DNA of 64,000 bases from Bugula neritina. Its lineage: Eukaryota > Animalia > Bryozoa. The notes beneath the pieces were generated by a model, which searched no databases, was not told where the DNA came from, and was given only the letters and a program-made list of their open reading frames with translations. The DNA lies in contig OZ037766.1 of NCBI GenBank assembly GCA_964035545.1, positions 17,199,081 through 17,263,080 on the forward strand, given 5' to 3'. Below, in pieces: positions 12,701-27,700 of the stretch (position 1 is the first letter of the stretch; each line of letters opens with the position of its first letter). Both the position numbers and the translations under genes were made by a program.

Positions 12701-15700
12701 ATGTGCATCAACTTGGTGCTACTAGTTCACTAAGTGTTGCAACTTTTGGGCTACACAGCTTAGTGGATGACTACGGTAGCATTTCAACAAAGGCTGCAGA
12801 GTTTCTGAAAAGAATTCTTGTGTTGATGACGGAGTTACCAGTGTCAAAAATGTATAAGAAGCTAAAGAGTTGACTGAGGCTGCAACCAAGATATGTTCTA
12901 CAGGCAATGTTGGGTTACACAAATTCTTATCCAATAACAAGGAAGTTCTGTTTTCTGTTCCCGAACCTGAGCGCTCAAAGTCCACTAAAAACTTTGACCT
13001 TGTATATGACCTGCTTCCACAGAAGCGCACGCTAGGCATGGGCCATGGGCAAGCAAATATTGCAAAGAGTGGCTGCCTGAGAATTATCCCGGAATCAACT
13101 CTTACCTCCAGAAGAAAACATTGAAATGGATTAAATAGCTTCAAGATGTGAAGGACCTGGCCAAAATTAAAATTGGAAGATGCTTTAAGCCAGCCAGGGC
13201 TATAAACTCAGTAGAACTACACCATTTCAGTGATGCAAACCAAGTTGGATATGGAGCCTGCTCGTACATGTGACAGATATCAGAAGATGGAAGAGTAATT
13301 TGCAATTTACTCTTTTCAAAAGCTAGAGTAGCACCGCTGAAGAAAAGTACTACAATACCCAGACTAGAACTCTAAGGAGCCCTCACTGCAGTTAAAATAG
13401 CCAATACTTTGAAGAAAGAACTAAATATAAAGTTTGACAGTAAGACATTTTGGTCTGATTCACAAATCGCACTAAGATACAAAAGGAATGAGAGCAAAGG
13501 CTTCCACACGTTTGTGGACAACCATGTCTCAGAAATCAAACAGTCGACCACGTCAGAACAATGGCAGCATGTGGCCACTGCTGACAATCCAGCTGACCTA
13601 GCTTCTAGAGAATGCTGGAGAAATGAATTGGTGAATGACAAATGGAGAATGGGACCTGAGTTTTTACCAAATTTGAAACTCACGGAATATATTAGAAGAA
13701 ACGAGGTTAGAATTAGTATTGATGATGATGACAAAGAAGTTCGAAAAGTCACTTGTCTACCACAACTGAAAGAAACATGTCGACAAGATTCGACAGGTAC
13801 AGTGACATATGAAAACACTTGTGAGAAGTATAGCTATCTTAAAAGCTTGCATAAGAGAAAAGAAGAAACATCCATCAAACCGGGCTTGGAAGATCCTAGT
13901 TAGAACAGTCATTGACCTTGAGGATGCAGAGGAACTCATTATTAAAGAAGTTCAAGAAGCCGCATATACAGCAAGAAAAAGGAACCAAAACTCATTAAAC
14001 TTAGCCAAAAACTTGATGCCTCGGGAATTTTACGGGTAGGAGGAAGAGCAAGGAATGCTGCTAATTGAACGCCCTTGCCCATTGGCTGTGACTTTATGCT
14101 TTGGCAGCCTGGATGTTGAACTTTGAACAAACAGCTAGTAGTAATAGTAGCGAGCTAGCGCTACAAATATTATCGCAGCAATTAGAGTGGATTACAATAT
14201 ACCTAATACAGTCAATAAACTTTTGAAGATGTTCAACAGCTACTGACAGACCAACAAATAATTCTCTTAGGCTGTATTCAGAAGATTTCTATATTTATTC
14301 ATTCAAACATTTATTTTGGTCTACAGTTTTGTAAAATATAATTTTTTCACACATCTGCATAACTTTGTTTTTATTTTTGTATAAATAGCTTAGTCCTACA
14401 ATTACTCTGCATGGTTATGGTGCATGCAATATGTCGATTCATATTGAACATATGTTTATATAAATGACTGCATTTTAATTTGAGATTATAGCGTCTTGCA
14501 GTTTTTAAATTCAGTATCAGCATAGAATTTTAGGTAAGAGACAATTACTTTTGATATTTTAGCAAATATCTTTTTAAATAGCTAGGTAAAGTTGAATACT
14601 ATTTTGCACAATTCATCTTATCAGCACAGAATTCCAATCTAGAAACAACTCTTTTTGAGTGGCCACCTAGTAAAGTGTTATAAGTCAATTTTCTGAGCAC
14701 TTTTTGTGAGGTTACTTTTAGACTATTATAACTATTTAGCAATGAATACAAAAGTTGTATAGGTATATATCATAATATTACTATATATGGTGCCAAAATA
14801 AAAATAGTGTTTTACTGGGAAGCATCTATCTGGGATGAAACATGGAGCAAATAAACTCCGGTCGCAGTTGTGTGCAACACTTCCTGGGTTTAGTGTTTTA
14901 ACAGATTGTGGTTCGACTAGGGCTTTTTATGGAAAAGGAAAGCGCACAGCCTACTCTCTTTTGAAAAAATATTCAGCTGTATGGAAAGCTTTGAACAGCT
15001 TGGGAAGTATTTCAAGCTGCCAGCCATTACAGCTGCTCAAGTAGAACAATTTGTCTGTAAACTTTATGGAGCTGGAGCAGAAAATTCAAATATAGATGAT
15101 GTCCTATACACTGCATTTTGTTCCCCATCAAAAATAACTCAATACAGTTTGCCTCCAACAAAAGATGAATTAATACTGCACATAAAAAGAGAAAATTACC
15201 AGGCAACCTTTTGGAGAAGGGCGACAACAGCCTATAATGATGCACCACCCCCAGAACATCATGGGTGGATTGTTGAGAATGATGGCAGCATTAATATAAA
15301 GTGGATGACTCAAGCACCTAAACATGTATATTGCAAAGTTCAAATTGCTCCTGTAACACAGGTTGCAGCACATCAAGATGTGGATGTCAGAAGTCTCAAA
15401 TTCAGTGCATGCACTGATGTTTGTCAATGTAAGGATTGTTTGAAAAGAAGCGCTACATTGGGGAAGGAGAAGCTGAGAAAATGATGGTGAAAATACTTTT
15501 CCATAATAAAGCACTATTTTTGAACATTTGTTATATATTTTGCTGCCAACAATTTGATTTTGATTATCCCTTATACTTCTGTTTCTCTAAATAATTTTAC
15601 AGAATTTTGTAAATTTTTGCAGATGTTTAACAGCTATACTGATAGACTAGCAAATGATTCACTTGGCCTGTGCTCAAAAGATTTCAATATTTATTCATTT

Positions 15701-18700
15701 CAACATTTATTTTGTACTATAATTTTATAAATATAGTTTTTCACACATAAACATAACTTTGCTTTCATTTTTGTATAAATAGCTTAGTCATACAATTATT
15801 TTGCATGCTTATACTGCATGCATTATGTCGATTCATAACACACATATGCTTATATAAATAACTTGGTTTTAACTTGAGATAGAGTCTTGCAGTTTTTAAA
15901 TTCAGTATCAGCATAGAATTCTAGATAAGAGGCAATTATTTTTGGTATTTCAGCAAACATTGTTTTCTTCAAGATAGCAGAGTAAAATTGAATACCATTT
16001 TGCACAATCCACATTTCTTTTTATTACCCATCCAAGATGTCAATTTGATTTTTACAATAATTTGAGTTTGGGTAGAGATAGAATTCTAGAGTTTGTAAAT
16101 TCAGAAGCAGCACAAAATTTTGATCTAGAAACAATTTTTTTGAATGACCACCTAGTAAAGTGTAATAAACCAATTTTTTGAGCACTTTTTGGGAGGTTAC
16201 TTCTATACTGATTTGCTCTTTTACATATATACGAAATCCACCTTGTTACAATGGCAACCAGGATATAAACTGTAAATCACGCATGTAAATCAATATCTGT
16301 GACTGGAATATTACTACTCTGGGAAATTTGTAACTATGGCTGTCTCTCTGGACACTAGTACAAGCAACAAGCAACACTTTTTCTGTGTCCATAGATCCCT
16401 TAACTGTTGGACAGAGGTGGAAGAAATGGAAGAGGGTGTTTGAGTACTTTGTTGTGTGGTGTTACAAATGCTGCTTAAAAAACGAACTGCAATTAAACAT
16501 AGCAGGTGAAGTACAGGACATATTTGATGGGCAGTCGTGGTTGGATATGTTTCCTGAGTGCTTTGCTGATGTTGGTCTGTTGAGGATTTGCTGCTCTCGT
16601 TGCACATAGATCCTAATGCCAAGCCGGTTGCTCAACCAGTAAGACACATGCCATTTGGTCATAAAAATAAAGCTAAGGCTAAACTTGATGAAACTGCTTG
16701 CTGCTGATATCATTGAGAGTTGAGGGTCCTACACCTTGGGTTAGTCCTATTGTTACTGTTCCTAAGGATGGTGATGATGTACGTCTATGTGTAGACAGAC
16801 ATGAGACAAGCAAAGAAAACAATCATTAGGGAAAGGCATACAATTCCTACATTCAAAGAGTTCATGTACAATCTCAATGGTACTAAAGTGTTTAGCAAAG
16901 TAGATTTGATACTTGGCTATCATCAGTTAGAACTCGATGACGCTTTTAGGGCTATCACAACATTTGTTAGACTATTTGGAGAATTCAGGTACAAGAAACT
17001 TAATTTTGGGGTAGCATATGCTAGTGAAATTTATCAATATCTTATACAGAGATCTATAGCAGATTTGGAGGGTTGCCAGAATTATGCAGATTATATTGCT
17101 ATATATGACAGAAACAAACAAGAACGTGAGGCTAGGCTTAGAGCATTTTTCAAACACATGAGTGAACTATGGTTGACAATGAATGCTAAAAAGTGCAAAT
17201 TTGGCTGTAGCAAGATTGCATATGTAGACTATGATATTTCTGACAAAGGTACATCAGTAAATGACAAAAAGGTCAAAGCAATAGTGCAGACTAGGGTTCC
17301 AAAGGATGTTACAGAGCTGCATAGTTTTCTAGGTCTTGTGAATTTTGTAGGTAAATTTATTTTCAATTTGTCTACATTTGCTGAGCCTCTGCTGAGTTTA
17401 GTAAAAAAGCAAATATGTTTTAGTAGTCAAGGGAGTAGCAAGCTGCCTTTGATAAAATTAAGTCTATAATGGCTCGTAAGCCACTCGCATACTATGTAAT
17501 AGAGCATCTACCAATGATAACAAAAGCAACCAGAATCATAGGTCACATGACTTTCCAGCAATTATTATGATGACTATCATATATATAACAGCACAGCTCT
17601 ATGGTGTGTTGTAGTTTAATATTGTTGTTTATGCATATACGTAGCTACGGGTCTATATGATTAAGCACTGATAGCAGCTGTAGAGCTGAACAATAACATA
17701 TATAGCCATATAGGTTTTAACTAAGTAAGATAGCTATAAGCAGCCTAGAATATAAAGAACCCCGAGGGGCTGATCATTTAGAGCTTGACTAACTGGTGAG
17801 TAACACTTATATAACATAACTTAATTCGTTTTTAATGGAGCATGCAGAATGAGCGAAAAGCACAAAATTAAATAAAATTAGTGTATAAATTACATGTTTA
17901 CACTAATTCTATTGAGGTTATGAGAAAACTTTAAAGAGGCCCTCATTAAAATCATATCTTATAGTTTGAATTTTGCAAGAATATACGTATTATCTAAGGA
18001 TTAAATGAGTTATGGGTCACCGAAACCATGTTTTTTGTGCAGAATTTCACAGTTTTTTGGAGAATAAAATGAAGCAAATTGAATAAAAAATTTGAAAAAA
18101 AAGGCTCCAATAAAGCTGAAAAAGATATACGAAGTGATTTGTGAATTGAGTTTAAAGTCTCAGTGGGCACTATTCCTTTTATATTAAAAATGGAATAGTG
18201 AAAACATTGAAAGCAGAAGAATGACCTTACCTCAAACTGTGTAAATGACTTCATAAAGATTCTAATAAGCTGATTTCTAGGTTCAAGCAAAATTATTCAA
18301 GAGCCTTGTGGCAACTATACCGATTTTAGCAAGAAAGTGCCTATATGCATGATTTTTAACCCCTGCCTTTCAACAAAAAAATAGAAAATATGACCTTTCT
18401 ATCTGTGTTTATGAACTGTATCACAAATAATTTTTAATCAAATGTGTGTGTCACAGTGACTAGGAAGTTGCTTGTACAGCCTTTGTAATTTGTCATGTTT
18501 GACTTTTTTGATGACAATATCTGTATAAAAACATTACATATTGGCAAGCCTTCAACGGCTATAAAACACTGGTTCATGCAAAAGAATGCCATGAACAAAG
18601 GCTTTAGACCATTTTACTTATGCAGGGCTTTATTAGGATGTATGTTGGTAAGTTGTTTTTAACAATAAAGATACATCTACTAGAGAATTGTTATATGATC

Positions 18701-21700
18701 GAATATTGACAAGCTACTGAAAAACGCTGGCAGGTACTAGAACCACCCAATGAAATTGGCCACATGATGCTATTGACAAGTTGAAGACAAACACCAACAC
18801 GAGGCACTCTGCAGTTAGAGCCAATGCCATAGGTTGACATTACACGGTGCAGCCGGCAGGAGGCTAATCTTTCCAAGTTAAAGTTCTATATTGGTGATTT
18901 TAAGTGTTAGAATTTCGAGAAACAGAGATACATATTCAGTGCGAGAGCTTAAAGAAACTAATAAAATCAAAGAGGGGTTTAGTGCCACAAGTGAGTAAGA
19001 AACAAACGCCAACATTGGAGCACTTGGTGAAAGTTCAAACAAAATTTTCATTTTGAAATAATATACTGATATAGATTTAAGGGTAGAGCAAAGTTGCTGG
19101 CTTCAATGATTGCTATCGGCCCAAAAGGTAGCCCTAGACCTAACCTCAAATGTGATTATAAGATGAACACTAGAGATGTTAGATTCAATGAATGACTATA
19201 TAGTCGAGAAGAGTGCAGACCAAGTAAAACACCTTCAGTGCTCAGAGAAGACCCACCCTTGACAGCTTCTGTGTAAAAATGGGTAATAGTGAAGTGAGTA
19301 GGAAAAGGAAGCACCTGTTCCTATTATATGACACTAAGACAGATGATGTATTCTATGAGTCTTAAGACAATTTCAGTCCTTTAGAGAAGAAAACAAAATC
19401 AGAAAGTGAAGAACAAGCAGTTGGCGAGGCCTCCGCCTATGCAACAAGATAATGGAATACCTGAAGACCTAATAGAAAGCACTTCTGGCAACAGTGACAT
19501 TCTTGATGTCACTAGGCCAGGCCGTAAAATTCGAGCCCCCAGAACCGTAATATGGTGTATTATTAATGCATTTGTGCTCATTTATGGAGACGGAGAGATG
19601 GCTAGAAAACTGGACAAGCCAGGAGATAGTACAGTGACAAGAAACCAGTTTGTCCTGGTAGAAAAAAAGCGATGACGGTGAAAAAAGATGCCTATGACTG
19701 CTGAACCTGAGACTACAGGATTCGCGATAAAATGATAAGTAAAAAATTGATAAAAGGTGTATGGAAAACCTAGTGCAACATACTGCCGCTTATGCCGCGA
19801 GATGAGAGACCATTCAGCAGCAGATTGTGAGCAGAATAAATTCTATAACTGTTGCCAAGAATGCCACTTTGCTAAAAACTGCACCACCAACTTGCCGTTT
19901 CTGCAATAAACAGGATCACACCTTGGAGAGATGTGCTCAAGGCAGCTCACTCTATGGTGCTAAGAGGCGACGATCAGATGCCATGGGGTAGACAAAGCTG
20001 GCAGCCGCCGTAACCCTGCCCTGTACTTACAGGCAGTAATGAAGAAAACGAGACTGGCTGAAGCTGCGCCACTTCCGGGAATGAGCCTCAACAGCATGAT
20101 CTCTTTTCAGAAAAACATAAGAGTATAGACTGAGAGTCATATGACTAAGAGTTTTAAGACATAGCGGAAAAAAGAACAGAACTGCACTGACGGGAAGTCG
20201 ATTTGAGGCAAGAGCTGGTCGAGAAGATGATGCTGTATATGCAGGAGGCACTATCGTTGATTAAAAACCAACGCTCATCGGTGACAGATGCTGTCTCCAA
20301 GAGTGCATCGACGATACTTGCAGGTAACCTAACTGGCCAGCATGCATGCTCAAGAAGGACCCCTGCTGCTTTCACGCTAGGTGCATCAGTGACAATTTGG
20401 ACAACCTGGCTCTCTTGGATGAACTGATAAACTGTTGCTCTACTGGCTGGGAACCGAGCGGAGTCCGTGCAGACCCTCGAACTTTCTGTTGATGAGCAGA
20501 TATGTGAGAGGCTAAGCCTTGAAAAGAGTACCTGTTTGGCTAACCAAACAGGAATGAAACCTTCAAAAGAGACAGAAGTTGCTGACCACAAAAGGACTCA
20601 AAACTGTATCAGCCAGACTGCAAACAGATATGGCACTTATGCTGCTCTCAAGATACTCTCTGGAATAAAATATGAGACTGGAAATTTTAAGAGTTAATTG
20701 CCCTAGTAATGTTATAGCCTTAAAACTTCCTTTAGACTCTTTGTTTACAATATCAAGCAACATTTGAGCATAATTAAAATACTATATGTTATTACACCTG
20801 CCTATTACAATGAGGTGAATATCTAATAGCTTTGTTGTAGCTTGAATTCTGTAACTCCAACAGAGTCACAACACTCCTTAAAAACCTCGGTAAAGTTAGT
20901 GCAAGCCAAGATGTGTCTGGAAAAATCATGGGCACGTAAGTTGAAAAGAATCATAATGACAACCAGTGATCAGAGAGAAAGACGGAAAAAGTTATTTATC
21001 TCGGGCCTCCTACGATGGTAAAACCGAACAAATGGCATTCAGAAAATTAAAGCGATCTGAAAGTTGGTGATGTAGTTTGCCAAACATTTCCAGGAATTGA
21101 TGGTAGAGTCAGAAAAGTTGTAATACAATACAAAACATTCAAAGTAGGCTCAACAGTGGGGGATTGTACAGGGTGCAAATTTGAATGGTGAGGTCAGTAA
21201 CCTAATCGAAATACAATCTCAACCTTTCATTTGAGAGATAAACAAACTAAGACTTATACTTTAACATGCGAAAACACAATGGTTTTAACAAAACAAGTGA
21301 AAAGACTAACAAAAAGAATCTCCAATAGAGTCAGACATCCTCATAATCAGACTCTATTAAAAAAAAACTGAGTCAGCATAAGCTTTACCAACTAATTGTA
21401 AAAAAAGACCTGCACATTTTACTAGTAGACGGACATCAAAAGTTGAAAGAAAAAGCAGCTTATAAAAAAGTTGAAGTTTTCAAGATTTTCACCAATACAA
21501 ACGAAAGAACTAATCTCTATACTGTTTTATTACCTACAAGTTACCTATATTTTCCAGCAAGATGAAACTTAATATTGTATCAACAACATATTTCGGTTTA
21601 CTACGAATAAATATTGTACGCCTAGCTTTGCTAAAATATGTTTGGATTGAGAAAATTAAAAAATTGTGTAAGGCCCAGTGTAGCGTATAGCTACTCAAAT

Positions 21701-24700
21701 TTAATTTGAAATATTTTGAATGGAAATCATAAAAAATAATGAACAAAATTATTAATACATAATTTCAAGGGTGTTCTACCCATACATACTATATTTATTT
21801 TAGCCAGACAATTACTTGAAACATGCATTCGAGGCTGTCTATGCTAGGCTGCTCTTAGTAGATGATTTGAACATGCATCGTCGACAGAGGCAAGCACCAA
21901 AATAAGTTCAGATAATGGCTACTCTTATTTTGTAAAAGTATTTTACTATCAACACTAAATAGAGTGTTTAGTATTGAAAAAATATAATGAACATAGTGCA
22001 AACCAGACCTGGCAACTTACTAAAGTATATAGAATGAAATCGAACTTAAGAATTTCATAAATATTATATCAATATGGTGTGTACCAAAATTTATTAAGCG
22101 TGCATGTGTTATAAGCTGGCAAAGGTTTGAACCTCGCTAAAACTTTTCAAAAGAGTAATTATGCCGAGAACAGTTTTTTTGTGCAAGAGTAACAGCAGTT
22201 TTGAAAAAAACAAAGGATGTCATACACAAATAGAGTTTGAACAAACATGACACCTTGCTGTAACCCCACTAATACAAATAGAAAAAAGAATGTAACTGAA
22301 AAACTGGAAAAAAACCATGTTGTCGCTTTTAGTTAGTATGATAGTTAAACTGTAATTTTTCTCACTTTTAGAATCATCTTTAACATAGAAGTATAAAAAG
22401 TAGTAAAAAAACATATAAGCATACCATACATTCATTATGACAGCATTTTAGCAACTTAAATTGAAAAATGGGCAACATTAATATGCTCAACCTCTCCAAA
22501 GCTGCTTATAATTTTCCTCTCAGAGTTTTAAGAAAGCTCAAGTAAATGTCTAAAAACAAGCTAATTCGGACAATAGTGAGTTTGATTACATTGCAATAGT
22601 TGCGCCTAGAGGCAGTATCTGCTTCCTTTCAACTAGAATGGGAGGTAGAGCCTCAGATAACTATATTATAGTGAATGACTCTGGGTTCTTAAGCTCCATA
22701 AACCCAGCTGATGTAGTCATGGCAGATAAAGGATTTATGATTGAGGATTAGCTAATAGGCGCTGAAGCCAAATTAGCCATACCTTCTGGGAAGATAGGCC
22801 ATTCTCAAATGACTAGAATGTAGTTAGCACAAATTAAACTATTTGCTAACCTTCATATTTATGTCCAAAAAGCTATTATTCAAATAAAAGGATTTACTAT
22901 CATCAATTGTTTTGGAGATGTAAACTCAGTGTTGGAAACCTCTTAAGATATAATTATGATAGTCTGCTGCACTCTCTGTAGCCTGGAGCCACCCTTTGCA
23001 ACTGTCAAAGTTTTGAACTGGCAATATTCCTATTTTGCTTTGAAAAACACATTACCACAAACAGGTCAAAATGAAGTGTTTTACAACTAAACTTATAGTA
23101 CACAAATTTTACAAGTACCTAAACAAAATAAAAGACCTATTGGCCAAAGTAGCATAGGTCACAAAACTACTAATAATAACTTCAACTCTGTTGATACAAC
23201 AAAATATACCCAGGTGATCAACCACAATACTAGCAGTCATGGGCTTACATAAGAAGTTAACAGAATGAGATTTTCACTAGAACAGCACACAAAATTTTGT
23301 CAAACCTTCCGTGTTTGACAGAAACATGCTCAAGTTTTTTTTTATCAAGAAGTCATCCTTGAAACATATTTTCAAGGCCAGCAGCTTTCAAACAAAGAAA
23401 ATGCATTAAAGGTCACTTCACAACTAATAAAAATGAGAACAGCTCAAAGCTGGATGAGTTTTGAAAGAAAGAATATGGCAATGGACAAAACATAGCCAGA
23501 GCTTTCAGACAAAAACTAGAAGCTTGGCCCAAGGTCTCCCCTCCAAAGATGGTAAAAAACTTGACAAACCAAGAAAACACCCAGCCTTCACAGAGTTTTC
23601 AGTCTTTGTCTGGAAGGAAGTAGATGTTAGGGCCTTACCATTAGCCCAGGCATGCTAGCAGAGAGGTAGAATGCTAACAAACCAAAATTACTAAAAGTTA
23701 TTCAAATACCACAAATAAGGAAATTGTGATGTTCATATAATGATATATTAGAATTATCTTCCCTATTGTATTTCATAGCTAGGAATTATCGCCTCGTATT
23801 GTATAGCATCATATGACTAGTCGCCATTACTCATTATCTAAATATGTTTACCTGAATTTAATAAATTGCCAATAACGTTATAAAACTGGTTTAAACACAA
23901 CATCTGGCGACAAGGATTGGTTTTGATATTGAATATGGTATAGGGAAGAAAATATTGATTCTGTTGACGAGTTTGATGTGACCAAGCTCAAAGATTGGCC
24001 TATGTGGCAGCTTAGATTAATGGCATGATTGGCTGTGAACAAAATTGGCGATTAAAATAGAATTAATGCCCTGTTGGCTGTGGCAGGTGGTAACTTGGTA
24101 AACTTTCTGGTTAGTTTGTGTTATCCGGCAAATGTTACTTCTAAAGACTTGGACGCGCTAATCAAGTTGATTGATGACCAATACGGTGCAGGTGGGAATG
24201 AGATTGCTAAAAGCTACATGTTTGACGGCAGGTCACAGTATGACACTGAACCAGTAGCATATTATGTAGCAGTTATAAGAAAAATATCTGTACATTGTAA
24301 CTTTGGAAGCCAATAGAAGCAAGGAATTTGTAACAGACTTGTTTCTGGTGTCAAGGATAACAAAATATAAAATAGATTGTTATTTGAAAGAGCTGAATTG
24401 ACATGGGAGAGAACAGTAGAAATTGCAGTCACCGCTGATGAGTAGAACAGCAAATAATGACAATGGTGGTATGAGTGCACAGATAATTGCTAATAGCCGT
24501 AACAGAGGCAACTTTCAAGCGTTTCAGGTATCGGGGCACTAATTAACAACGACATCAGTGTAAATTTAGGACTTCAATTGTCCCCATTGCAATATCAAGG
24601 GAGATATTAAGAGAACGTCTTATCCAATGCAAAAAGTGCATGGGGTAAAAAAAGAGCATCAACAGTTGATGTTACCACCACAAAGCCAAAATGGGGCACC

Positions 24701-27700
24701 TGGTGTTAACAGACATTCTTTTATGCATGAAAAATATTACACTAATCAGAAAAGTAAAATCTCTAGGCAGCTTAACTCGCAGTGTTTTTCCTCAAATCCA
24801 AATAATGGCTGCCTGCCAGTGCAATGTGCTTAAGACGACTGACGGCCAGGATAACCCGTACTTCTCTTTTATCGCCTTTCTGAGTATTAACTCGGAACCG
24901 CGATAACTCGGCTCTTCATCAGGCCAGTTTTTGTCTTAACATGGCGACAAATCTCAGGTCACAGGTGACGCTCACATATAGCGGCACAGTTAAGACAACA
25001 TGCGCAAATCCAGTTTGCAAGTCAGCACAAACGCGCCATCTGACACAGTACGATTCGTTCCATGAATTGGTACCCGTAGAATGTGAACTCTGTGGACAAT
25101 TCACATGTAGTATATGTAAACGACCATTCGGAAAGAAAGCAGGACTCTCACTACATCTCAGGAGAGCACAAAGCGAGCTCTACCATGCGGCGGTGCCATT
25201 AGTGAAAAAGCAAAGATGGAATTACGAGACACTTTCAGAAGTGGCAAGATTTGAAATAGAATGCGAAGGAACACGAAATATTAATCAGCGGATACAGAGT
25301 AAACTACCACAGTATTTGACCGAGCAAATTAAGGGAGTGAGAAACGAAAATCCCCAATATAAAGGGATATTGAACACCATACGGAAAGAAGCAAGTAAGG
25401 ACATGACGACATCTACAAGCGACGAAGAATCCACCAACACACCAACTCAACGACGTATACTAAACTCTGACTTTGAACTCATACTTAAAAATATTGACTT
25501 TGACTTACTGTGTAGTAGATGGTGACATCAACAGACCCCAAAACTCTTATTTCAAGCCAAAGCTTTATAGATAATGTTTTCTATTCTAATTTCCCCATTA
25601 AAGGAAAACCAACATAAGGAGCAAAAGTGATCCATCAGAGAAAGGCAGTAAGAACTGGAAGGAGAATGAGAAAATAATTATATAGAAAAGTGCAAAATGG
25701 ACTTAAATCTGATCAAAAAATAATAATTCAACAAATAATTGCAGGCACTCACGGGGACAAAGAGGCCGGAATACCAACTACAGCTGAGCCCTATTGGCAG
25801 AACATATTTGAGACCAAATCTATAGCAGACGATCGACATCCAGAGATACAGCAAGTTCGTAATGAGCTACTGCTGCCGATTACAACAGCTGAAGTAAAAG
25901 AAGTTTTAGGGAAGAAGGGTAAAGGCTCCCCAGGATTTGATGGTTACACCTGGAACGACCTAAAGAGGATCAATGTGTCACTACTAGTGTCATGTTGCAA
26001 CCTATGGCTGCTAAGCGGAATGACACCAACAGGAATGGCCAAAGGAATAACTACTCTCATACCGAAAGTCATCGGAACAACAAACCCAGGGGAATTCCGA
26101 CCGATTACCGTAACATCAACATTCAGCAGACTTTATCACTGCATTCTAGGAGAACGATTCTCTAACATACTTCCTTATAATGACCGACAGAAAGGGTTCA
26201 AAAAAGATGATAGTTTGTATTTTAATACAAAATTACTCCAAAAGACTATCAGTGAAGCGAAGGAACATTATAAAAACTTGAAGGTAGCGTTTATAGATGT
26301 GGCTAAGGCTTTCGACAGTGTCTCACACCAAACCCTATGGGTTGCTTGCAGGAAACTGGGTGTTCCTGAGCATATTGTCGGATACCTTAGGCATTTTTAT
26401 GAGAATGGAACAACTAGGCTAAAATTACCCGAAAAATTAGGGAGAGAGATCGAAATAAACCGCGGGATCAAACAGGGCGACCCCCTCTCAGTACATCTTT
26501 TTAACGCAGTTATGGAGCTCTGTACCAAAAAACTGGACAACAATATAAATTATGAATTCAAAAATGGAGCCACGATTACTTTTATGGCATACGCTGACGA
26601 CATAATTCTCTTCAGTAAGACAGAATCAGGCCTGCAACATAATTTCAAAATTCTCGAGGAACAATTAGCCCTATGCGGGTTAAAGATCAACTATAAGAAA
26701 AGTGCAACTCTGGGCATAAACAGCAAAAGAAAGAAGTGGGTTTGCAAACCCTAAATCAATACTCAAAAACGATCAAGGCACAATTACAGCATTAATGATT
26801 AGCGACACCTATAAATATCTTGGTGTGAAGATTGGTGCTCTGGGAGCTATACATACACCTTAGGAGGACTTTATAAAAGCGATGGAAAACATAACTAAAG
26901 CCCCACTTAAACCCCAACAGAGATTGAAAATTTTGAGAGATCATCTAATACCGGAATTATTACACCAGCTTGTTATCTCTACAATACGCAGTGAGAGCCT
27001 CAAGCATCTAGATGCACTGACTAGGGCGTACATGAAACGATCGCTCAAGATCAAGATAAATTGCTCCAAAGCAATCTTTCATGCAGCTACCGAGGATGGC
27101 GGACTTGGAATCCCATCTTTCCTGTACCAAGTGCCGCTACTGAGATATTCAAGAAATTGTAGGTTTTTAATATACGACGACCCGCTTACTATTGTTATCA
27201 ATGACAACTTACCGACCCCAGCACCAACATTCATGGGGACGCCAATAACATTCAAGGAGGATATCAAGGTACATTTTAGTAATCAACAGATTACTGTAGA
27301 CAGTAACATTGAGCACATGACAATGCCTGCTGGGGCATTACATAAGCTTGAAAAGCTTTTGTTAAATAATTACAGCATTAATTGTATTCTCATAAATATG
27401 TTCGCTACATTGGTGCGATTAGATGATATACAGCGATTTTGGCTACCACAAAAAAGCTATCTTTTTAGACTATTAAAAACCCAATGCTTTCTGTTATTCA
27501 TTCTCTTTCATTCAGTCTGTGATAATAAATACACACCTCTATATAGAAACACAACAATGCCTATGGAAGTTGACACTGGTTCTTGTATTAACCGTAATTA
27601 CTAGTGCAGATGATATATATTTTTCTAGAATACCTTTAAAACTTGATGGTTTAATATTTAGGAGCTCGCCTGGTGACAATGATGGTGATTTTGGGAAAAA

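Noticed and set aside
17495-17816. Solo-LTR candidate (tgtaata..tataaca)
   Set aside because: No matching TSD, PPT or second copy found.
23260-23660. Possible YqaJ exonuclease partner gene of the ISL2EU element on the minus strand
   Set aside because: No convincing motif could be read.
24755-24775. aatctctaggcagct as a relic of the 28S R2 target (ctctcttaaggtagcc)
   Set aside because: Too short and gapped to distinguish from chance; no other rDNA sequence nearby.
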